A DNA stretch of 64,000 nucleotides from Flaccisagitta enflata (GCA_965153355.1 OZ231126.1:44826001-44890000); one strand, 5' to 3'. Positions 38,133 through 52,670 are shown, numbered from the stretch's first letter. The notes: a model not told the origin generated them from the sequence alone. A program made the numbers and translations.

Positions 38133-38690
38133 AACAGGTCGCCCAAGGGCAATATGTGGTCAGCGATACCCATTGCCCTGCTTTGCATGGTTGTAAATCG
38201 GAATGAGAAGCAGGGCAGCGGCCCCGAAGAGGACGAAGTCCTGTAGAACACAGGGGATTTTCCATCCGTTTGTCTGTCCGTCCATCCGCCCCCCCTCCCC
38301 CGGCCCTCTCAGGCCTGAAACCTGCCTGTCAGGCCTAAATCTGTCCTCTCAGGCCTGAAATGTGCCCTCTCAGGCCTTGAATCTGAGAGGGCAGATTTCA
38401 GGCCTTAGAGGGCAGATTTAAAGCCTGACAGGCAGGTTTCAGGCCTGAAAGGGCAAATTTCAGGGCTGAGAGGGCGAATTTCAGGCCTGAGAGGGCAGAT
38501 TCAAGGCCTGAGAGGGCAGATTTCAGGCCTGAGAGGGCAGGTTTTAGGCCTGGGAGGGCAGATTTCAGGCCTGAGAGAGCCTGGGGGGGACAAATTAACG
38601 AACGAACGAACAAACAGACGGACGGACAAACGAACAAAAGTCCCCTGTGTTCTACAGGACTTCGTCCCCTTTGGGGCCGCTGCCCAAAAA
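38133..38690 (-). mobile_element. Family A HINE-like element with 21-bp central repeats in two opposite orientations
   Basis: Both ends are present. The 21-bp GCCCTCTCAGGCCTGAAATCT-type units switch strand near 38385. Confidence 0.82.
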
Positions 38691-39058
38691 CCAAGACTTT
38701 TTAAGTAAACAACTAAATGCACATCCAAAACACTAATAATAACTAATTATCAGTTTTAATTATAAACAGGCAATAATGCTCAGAAATAAATTATTTTGGT
38801 TAATCAAACATAATTTGAATTTGTATATTTTAATCATGTAAACAAACTCAGAGATTCACCATTTCAAACATTCCCAAAATAAACAGTTAAAGACAGTTTT
38901 TCTTTTATTCAGATCAGAGGTGTCACGATTTTTGTTTTTACAGTATTGACCGGGTCAATTGAATCATGGTCGATCCCAAACAAAGTATCGACTCAGTATC
39001 GACCTTAGGTCAATTTTTTTTTCACTGAGCCCTTTTCCCATTAACAAATGCTGTTTAA

Positions 39059-39652
39059 CCATAAGTGCAATAAAAATGGCCGATTTTTGAAAGGTCTGTA
39101 AAGGATCAAAAATTCATCTGAACATAGCAATATTCATGACACCTTGAAGGCCCTACAAAAGATCTTTCATTTGAAACTTTTATGGGACCACTATTTCAAT
39201 GAATATGCAAATGAGAGTAAGATTAGCAAAACCGCTTAATTTTGAAACTGCCCATGGTATCTTTACAAAGTTCCATAAAAAATCACAGAAGACGTTGCCC
39301 GATATTGATAAAAATTGAATTGATATTGGGGCAAATACAGGTCAACTAGCCCCTAAGATTTCATCGAAATCGATAAAGATCTTCTATCATTTTTACTCAT
39401 CTAAAACAATTCAGAATATCCTAGTGACAAATTCGGCCCTTTTTTCATGAGGTGGCAATTTAGTTGTTAGCCCTTAATCTGTCATATTTTCTTAAAAAAA
39501 ATTGAGAAAAAAATTTGCTGCATGGACTCAAATGAAAGATAATTTTGATATGTTTCTACAATGTATGAATTTTAGGATGGTCCCAAGAATCTTTTGACCA
39601 AAACCTGTGCTCAAAGCTGTTGAAAAATCGGCCATTTTTATTGCACTTATGG
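39059..39652. mobile_element. piggyBac-like MITE
   Basis: TIR CCATAAGTGCAATAAAAATGGCCGATTTTT. Flanks are TTAA (left) and TTAC (right). Confidence 0.7.
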
Positions 39653-40015
39653 TTACAGTCAGAGCAACATGTTTTAGAAGTTACTCGGTATCACAACATA
39701 AGATATATGAGATTTTTTACCTTTGCTTTGTAAAGAACCACTTGAATTTTGGCAAAAACAACAAAAGTTCCCATCACTTCGCAAATAAGCCAGAAAGTAT
39801 TTTTCTACCCAGTGTTCAAGAGCATACTTGAAATGGGGAACGTTTTGATAGAAGAAATCTTGACGTCAGAATCAGCCATTTTGTGCATTTCAAATGTTTG
39901 ACTGACCAACTGACCAACTGACTAACCAACCAACCAACCAATCAACCAACCAACAAACTAACCAACCATCCGATCAACCAACCAACAGAAGGTTGCACTT
40001 AAAATGGGCTTTGAT

Positions 40016-41560
40016 ACCAGTAATGGCGGCTGTTGCCGTGAGGAAAAAAGTCGTTAGCATTGGTCAATTTTCACCAAGCTTTTGTCTTTAGTCACTGCAA
40101 ATCTTTTTTTCCATTGGATCAAATCAAGAGCAATTGTATGTATTGATTGCACTGAAAATCAGAGAAAAATAGGACTGAGCCAAATGAGCTAGATGAGCTA
40201 AAATGCTCAAAATCACTCAACCAGACAATCAGCTATGCTCACTGACATGCTTTCTTGTATTTACATGCTCCCATCAAAACGTTTATCTATCCTATTAAAA
40301 ATCAGAAAAAAAAGACTGAGCTAAATGAGCTAAGTGAGCTAAAATGCTTAGAAACACCCTCACAGATGAGCAGTTATGCTCACTGATATGCTTTTTTGTA
40401 TCTGCTTTCTTAAACATATATCAAAATATCTATTCATTTATCACATTTGAAATAAAAAAAAAGAAACTGAGCTAAATGAGCTAGAATCCTCCAAGACACC
40501 CTCACAGATGAGCAGCTATGCTCATAAACATGTTTTCTTGTATATGCATGATCAAACAAATACAAATACACTCCTTTTTTGATTCTACTTAAAATCATAA
40601 AAAATCGAAAAAAATTCAATTCGCAATTTTCTTCAATAAACCTTTAAAAAATCATGACGCAAAAAATATTTGTCGTAGAGCATTCTGCTTGGCGCCAAAT
40701 GAAAGAGAATTATTAAATTTACTTACCCTATCAATTTTGTTTGAGGGACCAATCAGCCCTAAGAGATTCCCAACTTCCCCATACGAAAATGAAAACCCTG
40801 TTTCTCTCGAATATGTCAAAAAGTCAAAACTGACTTCGACTTTTTTCCCAATAATCCCTACCACGCAAATAGAAAAAAAAACGCACCTGCTCATTTTTTG
40901 ATAAAGCAGACAAAATAGTTCAAAATTTTTTTCATTGAAGGTATTTTGAAGATTTTTGATTTTTTTTTCAATCTAGACCAATGCCAGGTCCGTATCTCAA
41001 ACCGTTTAAGAGTTAGAGCCAGTCAAAGACAACTACTATTCTGAGCACATAACAAAATACAAAATCCTTAGAAAAATAATTCATAGTTTCTATATCTAAT
41101 GAAAAGACTTTAGAAAAAGTTTCAAGCATTTTTCAGACAAAGTAATTTTAAAGATTTTTTAATTTTCTTTCATTCTAGACCAATCGCAAGTCGCTATCTC
41201 AAATGGTTTAAAAGTTATAGCTCATCAAAGTAAAACACTGATTATCTTGAATTCTTTTTCTCTTATGGAATTGTGAAAACGTTTTTTGACTATTTTTTCT
41301 CTTTTTTTACTACGCCCAAACGCCTCAAGATTAAGAACTTTTTCCTTTTTATTCTAAAAGCTTAGAAGCTTGGCTTTTCAATACTGCAGAGCATTCAACT
41401 TGAAATTGATAAGAAAATGACTAAAATAGTTATTTAAAAGTGTTTTTTTGATTCGCATGTTACATGAAGAAATTCTGCTTAGAGCAGCCATGCACGCCCG
41501 TGCGTTTCTCTAATTTGCATAATTGAGTGAAATCTTGCATTTTCCGGTGTGCTACAATTT
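40016..41560 (+). mobile_element. Family D element (HINE-like) with ~130-bp internal tandem repeats; a second, interrupted copy lies at 44670-51825
   Basis: Both copies share the start ACCAGTAATGGCGGCT..GCCGTGAGGAAAAAAGTCG, internal GAGCTAAATGAGCTAG..CAGATGAGCAGCTATGCTC units, and the TTCTGCTTGGCGC.AAATGAAAGAG block. Confidence 0.75.
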
Positions 41561-41583
41561 TTTCTAATTTTTTTATTATTCCG

Positions 41584-42123
41584 TTTTTAGGCAACGGCCC
41601 CAAAGGGGCTGATGACCTATGCTTTCACACAGGAGAACTTTCTCCTTCTCCTTCTCCTTCTCCTTCTCCTTCTCCATCCACCCCCTCGAACCTTGAGCCT
41701 TGAAGCCCACAATCCAGCCTCGACGCCCAAAATCTAGCCATATGGCCCCAATTCTTTCTCCTCCCCTCCACCCCCTTCGAAGCTCATATCCTAGCCTTGA
41801 GGCTCAAATCCCATCCTTGAGGCTCAAATCCCAACCTCCAGGCTCAAATCCCAACCTCCAGGCTTAAATCCCAACCTCCAGGCTCAAATCTCAGCCTTGA
41901 GGCTCAAATCCCAGCCTTGAGGCTCAAATCCCAGCCTTGAGGCTCAAACCTTGGCCTTGAGGCTTAATTGCAATCCTTGAGGCTGAAGCCAAGATCCACA
42001 AAACTTACTGAGTACAGGTCATTGGCCCCTTTGGGGCCGCTGCCCCTCTCACCATCACACATCAACATATACTTACATAGGGGCAACGGGTACCGCTGAC
42101 CATCTAATGCTTTTGCAACTATT
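41584..42123 (+). mobile_element. Family A HINE-like element with 20-bp central repeats GAGGCTCAAATCCCAGCCTT; similar copies at 45949-46542 (-) and 49165-49953 (-)
   Basis: Subterminal repeats, central array and 3' tail are all visible. Confidence 0.85.
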
Positions 42124-43022
42124 ATCTATTCAATATCAAAAGAATACAATTTTACAAGCTTTTTTCTTATTTCAAACGCAGAGATCAGTCTCATTACTAA
42201 ATTTGAGCTAAGTTCCTTTGAGCTGGAAAAAAGACAAAAAATCGACCCGATACATAAGTGTTTTGGTGAATTAGGAAGATTATTCAGAAATTTAGATAAT
42301 CGACCAGATTAATCGTCTAGTCGATAGTATCGTGACACGTCTGATTCAGATACAGAGCTACCTTTTTCATGTCCACCCGGTATATTATTATGCATAAATT
42401 CAAAATTGGATTTTGTTAGCAGGGTCCAATTTCTATGCAAATTAGGTTATTATAACAAAACATAGAATTTCCATTTTTTCCAAAATTTTTACCATTTTAT
42501 AAAGTAACATCAACCATTTAAGGTCTACATCGGTGCAAATAGTCAGGGGCAGATGTGTTTACAATATGTTGATCATTAAGCAGAGGAAGTTTTGAAGACA
42601 TTGAATACAACAATCCCAAGAGTAAAAAAAATTCAATGTTTTGCATAGAGACCACAGCCACAAACATAGCAATTTTAAAAACGACAAATGTTAAGTTTGA
42701 ATGTAATAGATATATATTTTAAAACCATTTTATAAGTGTAACATAATTAAAATATACACAAATACATGCATGTATACATTCATATTGTTCTTATGAATTT
42801 CAGGGTTCCCAAACATGCCCGCATTAGTGTGAAAAGTGTCGGGTGTAAAGATGCGATTGCGGCGATCCTACTCACTGCAGCGATCATCGTTGATTTTTCA
42901 CTGAAATCATACAAAGTATAATTGGTTGGACTGTCGGTCCATTGGTTGGTCAGTTATACACCAGTTACGATAAAAGTGTGAAAACGCGCTTCAAAGATAC
43001 AGCGATTGTTTTTCTGGGTTGT

Positions 43023-43117
<95 letters not shown>

Positions 43118-43989
43118 TGTGGGTGTGTAAATGTGGGTGTGTGTGGATGGATGGAAATCGGAAAAATTGCCCCATGTGGAATCATGGGTCATCGGCCCCT
43201 CCGGGGCCGCTGCCCCAAAACAGGCCAACAATACATAACGGCAGGAGCAGTAATGCAAAAAATGTCCGTTTACGATGAAAGAGAAAAATACTAAAAGGGT
43301 ATAGACGGATGGACCCACAGACCAACGGACTGATGGACAGACAGATGTGCGCGTGCACGCGACTGAAAACCAGGCCTGAGAACTGGTCTCCACAGCTGAA
43401 ATTTGAAAGGATGTGTATTCACAATATTTCTGATTTTACCAAGCATTCATGGTATTCGTGGTTTCGCTGGCTGTCACTTTTGTATTCAATTATTCTTTGG
43501 GTTTTTAGTCGCGTGCACGCGACTCTACACCCCGCTTTGTCGGTCCGTCCGTCGGTCCGTCGTCCGTCCGTCCGTCCGTCCGTCCGTCCTTCCGTCCGTC
43601 CGTCTTCTACATTACTTTTTTAATAAAGAGTCCCAAAGTCATTTTATCATTAATTTTGAGTGAGTCATTTTTTTCATTCTCAGTCATTTTAAGTTATTTT
43701 AAGTCATTTTTCGTTAGGTTTTTTTATTAAGTCCTTTTTGGACATTTTAAGTCATTCTTCTAAGAAGTCATTCTAAGTCATTTTAAGTCATATAAGTCCT
43801 TCTTGCCCTGTAAATCTCGCACGCGACTTATAGGTGTTGGCCTTGTTTTTCAATATGCTGACATTTTGAGATTACGAAAATGATATTTGCGGGAGGGAAT
43901 GCCGAATATTTTTGTCTCTTATAATGTATTAAAGTTTGAACCTCGGGTGATTCAAAAGTTATTAATGTCGAGTTGGGTAACTCATACTT

Positions 43990-44043
<54 letters not shown>

Positions 44044-45332
44044 AAGTTATAAACAGACAGACAAGCTGGCGGGCTGACCTAGGCAAACACCAACAGAAAT
44101 TAAGAGAGATCCGTATGATGTAATGAGCGTTTGGTGCGCATATTCAGGAGATTTATTGTCGACAGGGCCGTATGCGCGAAGGCATGATTGCGTTAAAAAC
44201 GTGTGGGCTCGAACATACAAAGCCTTTAGCGTGACTGTAAAACATCAACTCCATATGGTCAACTTAAATGCGCAGACGGAGGGACAGATGGATGGACATA
44301 TGAACGAACACGGGACAGGGAGAAACTGATATGAGAATCAACTGACGGACAGATGGATGCATGACCAAATTAACGCAATTCATGCCAGCAAATGCGCCGG
44401 ATTTCCAACAGATGTGGGCTTTTTAAATTATAGAGAGAGAAAGAAAAAGCAGCTGGCAAAAAATACGATAAGCGGATGTGAGGGTACCGCGAAGGCAAAA
44501 TCTCAACATTGCTAATGACTCTTGACCTTATTTGGTTGAGGGTTAAATCGCCTACTTTGTGTGTCCATCCTTTATTCTGAATACGTGTCATCATCATCAT
44601 CTTCTTTTTTCTCTCTCTCATCCTTTTCCTCTTTTCCATTTTATTTCTTTCGTCACGTTTACATGTTTTACCAGTAATGGCGGCTATCGCCGTGAGGAAA
44701 AAAGTCGCTGCAAGTTTTTTTTTATTTGTTAAATTAAATCAAGAGCTATTGTATAACATGATTGCACTGAAAATTAGAGAAATTTAGAATCGAGCCAAAT
44801 TAGCTAGATGAACTAAAATACTCAAAATCGCTCATCCAAACGACCAGCTATGCTCACTGACATGCTTTCTTTTATTTGCATGCTCAGACACGTATCAAAA
44901 CATTCATTTATTTATCCAATTTGAAATCAGAAAAAAAGAAAGCCAAATGAGTTAAATGAGCTAGAATACTCAAAAACATTCTTATAGATAAGCAGCTATG
45001 CTCATAAACTTGTTTTCTTGTATTTGCATGCTCAGACACATATCAAAACATTTATCTTTTTATCCTACAGGGTGTCCCAAGTCAGTCGCAACATAAAGAA
45101 TCAACATATCTCAAATTGATTTCTGAAAGCTCTTTATTGATGATTTTGGTCAAACATTATCCAAATCAAAAATGGAAATCTGGAAAAAATCAATAAAAAT
45201 CCGACAAAATTTTGAAAAATTGTTAAATTTTTTTGGTAAGCTATAATATATGGTAAATTATCTGCCATTTGAGACCAATCACAGGGTTTTAGCTCAATTG
45301 GTTGGAAAATGACAAGCAATTAAAGACAGCTA

Positions 45333-45924
45333 CAGGGTGTTTCATGCCAAATTAGATTTAAGAAAACGATGCCATTCTGCTTCTTGAAATGCAAATATAT
45401 TTCTGAAAAAAAGATTCAAAGAGCACTTAAGCTCCGATTTTTTGTGTAAAAATTTCAAGGGTTTGGGTCAATTATCTTGGCCACAACATCAATCTGAAGT
45501 AAAATGAACATTTAAAGGAGAAGTTTTTTTTCTCATAATTTTGATTTTGAAAGTTTTTCTTTGAATTGCTCTCATTTCAAAACGGCTTAAGCCACAGATG
45601 CCAGATTGGTCTCAAATTAAAGAAAATTTAATAAACTTTGATTTGAGACCAATCTGGTATCTGTAACTCAAGCCGTTTAGAAATAGGAACACTTCAAAGA
45701 AGAACTTTTAGAATCAAAATTATGTTAAAAGTGTTTCTCCTTTAAAGGGTCATTTTACTTCATATTGATGTTGTGGCCAAGATATTTGACCCAAACCCTT
45801 GAAATTTTTACACAAAAAAATCGGAGCTTAAGTGCTCTTTAAAATCTTTTTCAGAACTATTTTTGGATTTTTAGAAACAGAATGGCCTCGTTTTTTGATA
45901 CCTATTTTGGCATGAAATACCATG
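45333..45924. mobile_element. Palindromic Tc1/mariner-type MITE
   Basis: TA|CAGGGTGTTTCATGCCAAA...TTTGGCATGAAATACCATG|TA with long inverted arms. Confidence 0.88.
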
Positions 45925-46916
45925 TACTTCCAAGTACAGCAAAAAGTAAATAGTCGCAAAAGCGTTAGATGGTCAGCGGTACCCATTGCCCCTGTGTTTG
46001 TGTATGTGAGTGTGATGGTGAGAGGGGTAGCGGCCCCAAAGGGGCCCATGACCTATGCTCAGTAAGTTCTGAAGCTTGAGGCTGGAATTTGAGCCTTGCT
46101 TCAAGGATTTGAGCCTTGAAGCTGAGATTTGAGCCTCAAAGCTAGGATTTGAACCTCAAGGTTAGGATATGTGCCTCAAGGTTGATATTTGAGCTTTGAG
46201 GCTGGGATTTGAACCTCAAGACTGGGATTCCAGTCTCAAGACTGGATTTGAGCCTCAAGGCTGGGATTAGAGCCTCAAGGCTGGGATTTGAGCCTCAAGG
46301 CTGGGATTTGAGCCTTGAGGTGGGTATTTGAGCCTCAAGGCTGAAATTTGAGCCTCGAGGCTGGAATTTGAGCTTCGAGGCTGGTATTTCAGCCTCAAGG
46401 CTGGGGTTTGAGCCTCAAGGCTGGGGTTTGAGCCTCAAAAGGGGGGGGACGTATGAAGAAGGAGAAGAAGAAGAAGAAGGAGAAATTTCCCCTATGCATG
46501 AAAGCATAGGTCATCGGCCCTTTTGGGGTTGCTGCTCAAAAACCAAGAAAAAACATGGTCACAAGTCACTAGTGTATGTCAAAGAAATGAGGCCCTTAAA
46601 CAAATTGTCCGCTTGTCATAATATTTTGCATGCAAAAAGTGCACTCCAATGGCAAATGTCAAGAAACGTCAAGTGGGCAGGGGTAGAACTAGCCCTTTTT
46701 TTTGATGATTCAAATTCAACAAAACTTTACATCACTGTATAGCTCATGAAGTAACATTTAAGAATCCATAGAAGAATTTTGTTAACTGAGCTCATTTTTC
46801 ATGCAAATTAAGCTTAATTAGACAGATTTTGTCCACAAAAAGATACAAAATTAAGCATACTGTAGCAAAACAATCAATATAAGAATATTTTTTACCTAAA
46901 TTATGTTTAAACACAA

Positions 46917-49900
46917 GGCAAATGTCACGGTTCCACAGCATGCTTGAGGGCCCGACTTTCTGCCAATCTATGTTGGCCCAAGCTTCAGATACAGCATTAT
47001 AAATGATTTAAATGGTTCAAAGACATTCATAACTACCCAGTGTACAATTTCAAACCATTTTTTGTGACCCTCCCTACCCCTAGAGGGTCTAAAAATTTGT
47101 TCAGAGGGCTCTTTTTGGCGTGTCTCCATTCTGTCTCCTATAAGAAATAGCAAGCAAAACCAATCAAAAAATGTCGCATCTTATGATATGATGAGTTTTT
47201 ATCAACTAGTATCAATCCCACAGGATACACAAAAAAATTCAACTCACTACTCAATCAATAAGTTGTCAAAAAATGGTATAAAAATCAAATTTACCCCTTC
47301 TCGATTTTTTTACTTTTTTGCTCTCAAGATTGAATGTTATGATATTTATTTTTTCTAACCTCATTTATCTTCAACATTAACCATTTTTTCTTTTTCCATT
47401 CGATGGGCAACTACTTGAAGGACATTTCCCTCTTTTTTCATGTTGTTGGGTTGATCCTAAGAGGAGATACAGCATTTTTCTTGGAGCGTATCAATTCGCG
47501 CACACCCCCAAACTTGAACCTAACGCATACCTAACGCTTTAGATATGCCACTGTTGTGTCAAAGTGACACAATTCACATGAAAACTGACAACACCATGTG
47601 AAAGAGCGTGAAATTTTTATTATACCCTGATAATTTGAAATCTTAACTCCCAAGCGTTAAGCCACAATGAAATTTTATATTTTGTTGGTCCTCGAAGTGT
47701 GAACAGAATTGATACGCTCGTCGGACGATCGTCGTAGTTAATTCTTTGTTTCCACACAGCGCTCCTCACACAAATGCACGATGCTTTTGTGTCTTAATTT
47801 GATAAAATTTCTTAAAATTGAAACTGGCATATCTCAGGAACGGTTTGAGCTAGCCCATAGAAATTTTGCATGGTTGATACCTAGACCAAGAGGGTCTTTT
47901 GCCTAAATTCTGATGCGACCTACAGAATGTCAAGCAGTCCAACCAGACCAACCAGCCTACCAGATGAAAAAATAAAAAAATGGCATAACTTCTAAAGTAA
48001 TTGTCCGATTTGGTTGAAATTTTTCATGAAGCTTCCTTTAAAGATTCCTCGTCACTGGCATAAAAAAGAGCTTGGGGAAAAAAATTTTTCTTCCAACAGC
48101 CCACCCAGCCAGAAATGGTACTTATAGAGATTTTTTTTAAAAACTGAAAAAATTCAAAAAAATCTCAGAAACATGATCACACATATTTGTATTTAGCTAA
48201 ATTTTCTAGTAATAAAATTGCCAACAATATCTATCTAAGCCTAATTTGCATGAAAAATGAGCGTACTTAAGAAAATCCAAGTATGGATCCATATGTAATA
48301 ATAGCTAAGCTACATGATGATGTATGATTTTCTTCAGTTTTCCAACATGTAAGATTGACGAATTTCACCCCGTCCATGGTTGGCTTAGCATGACACCAGC
48401 CACAATAGTTTGAGGATGTTTCAAGAAAAAAAAAATTTCATGAATTTTCAAAAAATTTCTAAAAGGACCATTTTTGGTTGGTTGGGCAATGCAGTAAAAA
48501 TTTGTTCTGCCAAGCTCTTCTTCAAACTAGTAATGTAGATACTCTTCAACAACTTTCATGCAAAATTTCAGCCAAATCGGCTTACTCATTCAAAAGTTAC
48601 GCCACTTTTTCGTTTTTTCTTCTGGTAGGTTGGTTGGGCTGGTTGGGCCGGTTGGACTCATCTTCAGATGACCAATTTTTTTCTCCTGATCTCTCTTGGT
48701 AAAGTCTGTTTTCCCGCAAAAAATCATGGGTGTAGCTCAAAGGGTTGATGAGATATGCGCATTTATGTAAATTGGACAAATTGATTTTTTTTCCTTCAAA
48801 GTCCGCAAGATCTTGACCTCCGCTAAGAAGAAAATAACTACAACGATCATCCGTCGAGCGTATCAATTCTGTTCACACTTTGAGGACCAACAAAATGTAA
48901 AATTTAATTGTGGCTCAATGTTGGTAGTTAAGATTTCAAAGTATCAGGGTTCAATCAAAATTTCACGCTCTTTCACATGGTGTTATCAGTTTTCACGTAA
49001 ATTGTGTCACTTTGACACAATAGTGGCATATCTAAAGCGTTAGGTAAGCGTTAGGAACAAATTTGAGGGCAGGGGTTCATATTCTGGAGGCACGAGGCAC
49101 GCCATGCCTCGGAAGAGGAGGAGGCTTGTCGGAAGGGAAGGAAGGAGAGGAAAGGGAAAAGGGAAATAGTCGCAGAAGCGTTAGATGGTCAGCGGTACCC
49201 GTTGCCCCTACATGAGTGTATGTAGGTGTGAGGTGGTTAGAGGGGCCGATGACCTATGCTGTTTTTATTTGGGCCTCAAGGTCGGAATTAGGGCCTGGAG
49301 GCTGGGATTGAGGCCTTGAGGCTTGGATTAGGGCCTTGAGGCTGGGATTTGAGCTTCTAGGCTGTGATTTCAGCTTCAAAGCTGAGATTTGAGCTTCGAG
49401 GCTGGGATTTGAGCTTTGAGATTGGGATTTGAGCTTTGGGGCAGGGATTTGAGCTTGGAAGCTGGTATTTGAGCTTTGAGGCTAGGATTTGAGCTTCAAG
49501 GCTTGGATTTTAGCCTGGAGACTGAGATTTGAGCCTTAAGGCTGGGATTTGAGCTTCAAAGCAGGGATTTGAGCCTCAAAGCTAGGATTTTGGTCTCGAG
49601 ACTAGGATTTGGGCCTTGAGGGGGGGGGGGACGGAGAAGAGGGAGAAGAAGATGTGAGAGGTCAGCAGGCCCCGAAGGAACCAATGACCTATGCTAGGCT
49701 GTAATTTGAGTCATAAGGCTGGGATTTGAGCCAAAAGATTGGAATATGAGCGATGAAGCTGGGATTTAAGCCATAAGGTTGGAATTTGAGCCCTGAGCCT
49801 GGGATTCAAGCTCGAGACTGTGATTTGGGCTTGAGGCTGCGATTTGAGCTTCGAAGCCAGGGGGGGACGGAGAAGGAGGAGGAGGAAGAGAAGGAGGAGG

Positions 49901-51203
49901 AAGAGTTTCTCCTGTGTGAAAAGCATGGTCATCAGCCAGGGGCCACTGCTAAAGGAAGGAAAGGAAAGGAGAAAAGAAAAAGAACAAGGCCGGATACACG
50001 GCCATCAGTTGGACGGGGGCAGGGGCGAGAATGCGCGTTTCCTCCTTACCAACTCGTGTCCATGGACGGACTGTGTGGATGGACGGACGACAAAGCCTCT
50101 GAGTTGCGTGTCCGCAACTAAAAAGAGAAAAAATTGAGAGAGAGAGAGAGAGAGAGACACAGACAGACAGACAGACAGACAGATAGACAGACAGACAAAG
50201 GTCAAGCATTTTGATTTTGTGAATATCACTTAAGTGGCAAGGGTCTGTTTATCTTTTTTAGTACCTGTAAAGCAAACAAAGGTATTTTGCTTTTCATTTT
50301 GTGTTTCTTTTCTTTCATTAAACCAATGTCGCGCTCATTGGCACTTTCAATTGAAAGTCAGGCAGATGGACAGACAAACACAGACTTTTGGAAAATTCTC
50401 TGAACTAGCCGTTTTCCCCTCCGAGATTCTCTTCCAATGTTCAAGATGCCTCAAATACAACTTTGTGGTGGATGGAGGTACCAACCATTGAATGGATGAA
50501 CCAATTAACCAAAAATTGGCTTATAGAACCGCTTTGCACGCGACAAAAAATTAAGAAGCATGTCGGAAACTCTATGAGAAAAAATTGTGTGCCTCGGAAG
50601 ATTTTCAAAATATGAAAGCCTGTTTGAGGGTGTTCGCGAATTGATACGCTCCAAGAAAATTTTTATTTCTCTGCTTAGGATCAACCCAATAATATGAAAA
50701 TGAAGGGAAATGTTCCTCAAGTTGTTTTCCATTGAATGGTAAAAGAAATATGCTTAATGTTAAAGCAAAATGAGTTTAAAAAAGAATAAATATCATAATG
50801 TTCAGCTTTGAGAGGGGAAATTTGATATTTACACCATTTTTTGATAACTTATTGTCTGAGTAATGAGTTGAAATTTTTTGTGTATACTGTGGGATTACTA
50901 ATGGTCAATGAAAACTCATAATATCATATGATAAGACATTTTTTTATTTGATTTGCTTGCTATTTTCTACTGGAGACAGAATGGAGACAAGCCAAAAAGA
51001 ACCAAAAAGAGCCCTTCAATCAAATTTTTAGACCCCCTAGGGGTAGGGAGGGTCACAAAAAATGGTTTAAAATTGTGCACTGGGTAGTTATGAATGTCTT
51101 TGAACCATTTAATTCATATATAATGATGTATCTGAAGCTTGGGCTAATGTAGATTGGTAGAAAGTTGGGCCCACCAGCATGCTGTGGAACCGTGACATTT
51201 ACC
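46917..51203. mobile_element. PIF/Harbinger-like foldback element with ~830-bp inverted arms
   Basis: GGCAAATGTCACGG...CCGTGACATTTACC termini with 3-bp direct flanks CAA. The left arm 46917-47745 pairs with 48835-49069 plus 50623-51203. Confidence 0.8.
49070..50622. mobile_element. hAT-like element inserted in the right arm of the foldback
   Basis: CAGGGGTTCATATT...AATATGAAAGCCTG termini with an exact 8-bp TSD TTTGAGGG (49062-69 and 50623-30). Confidence 0.88.
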
Positions 51204-52670
51204 CAATATTTTTTTAGATTTTGTTTCCGAAATTATTTTGAGGACCTAGAAGCAGAGGTATGTCGTTTCTTTATGTTGCAACTTACTTGGAACACCCTGT
51301 ATTTAAAATCAGAAAAAAAAGATAGATGAGCTAAATGAGCTAGAATACTTATAACACCATCACAGATGAGCAGCAATGCTCACTGACGTGTTTTCTTGTA
51401 TTTGCATGCTCAGACACATATCAAAACATTCATTCATTTATTCCATTTAAAATCAGAAAAGAATTTTAGCTAAATGAGCTAGAATATTCAAAAACACCCT
51501 CACAGATGAGCAGCTATGCTCTTTAACATGTTTTCTTAGATTTGCATGCTCAAACAGACATAGATACACTCCTTTATTGATCCTACATAAAATCATAAAG
51601 AATATGAATAAAATCAATTTGAATTCTTTATCATTACAAAATCATATCTTGTTTAAGAGAATTCTGCTTGGCGCTAAATGAAAGAGAATTATCAAATTTA
51701 CTTACCCTATCAATTTTATAAGAGGCTCTTATCAGCCCTCAGATTCTAAATATCTGCATAAAAAAAAAACATATTTTTTCTGGAATATGCCAAAAAGTCG
51801 AAGACTGACTTCGATTTTTTTCCGGCTAATTGTAAGATCATACATGTTGAACAGCGAATTTATGCTAGGAAAATGTCATTAGCGATGTCATATAAACCAT
51901 GATAACAAGAACCACCTCACTTGCCCGCCCGCTCTTGTCCTATACATATTTGCTAGCAACCTCGATCACCACGCCGCGCCATGCAATAACGAATACCACT
52001 ACGTGATGACAGTGGCAACATAATCGAAAACGCCGACGTTGACAACGACGAAGGGCCCTGAACAACATTCACTTCCACTTTACATCAACATCACAAAAAC
52101 AACTTGGCTTCCAATTCTAAGGTGAGATGTTATCGAGATGTACTCTCCAGATTTGCGATATATGATCTGAACTCTTTTTTTCAGTCGCATGCTAACGGCT
52201 CGATACCACGCTTTTTCGGTCCGTCCATTTGTTGGTTCGGCTCTCCAAGGGTGGGTTGGTCACATGTGTACTTTAATTTATTGACGTGTCTCGGCGTTTC
52301 AGCGCGGTTTCTGCATCATGGCCCCTGCCCAAATGCCTAGTAAACCTCCTATACCCCTGTCCCTGCCCTTGTCCCTGCCCACCCGCACCCGACTGTGGTA
52401 GCGGCGAATCCGGCCTTGTTACTCGTGCTTGCGAGCTTGAAACTCAAATCGAAGGAATGAAGTCTGTTCGAAATCATCGGTAAAGAAAAAAAAAGAAGGA
52501 AAGAAGAAGAATTCAAAGCAGATTATTTTAGTACGCGTGAGATGGGAAGAAGTGAAAAAAGCAGCTGGCCAATCACGTTCACGAATCGCCAATTGCAAAA
52601 AAAAACAAGGCCAACACCTTACAGTCGCGTGCGGTTATTAAGACCATAAGACCAAAAGACCAAAAGACTA

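Larger units (their letters stand above)
38915..42343. mobile_element. hAT-like non-autonomous element hosting several nested elements
   Basis: TIR CAGAGGTGTCACGAT / ATCGTGACACGTCTG (one mismatch) with an exact 8-bp TSD ATTCAGAT (38907-14 and 42344-51). Confidence 0.9.
45068..51299. mobile_element. mariner-like element expanded to 6.2 kb by nested insertions
   Basis: TA|CAGGGTGTCCCAAGT...ACTTGGAACACCCTG|TA. The host family D sequence resumes at 51300. Confidence 0.85.
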
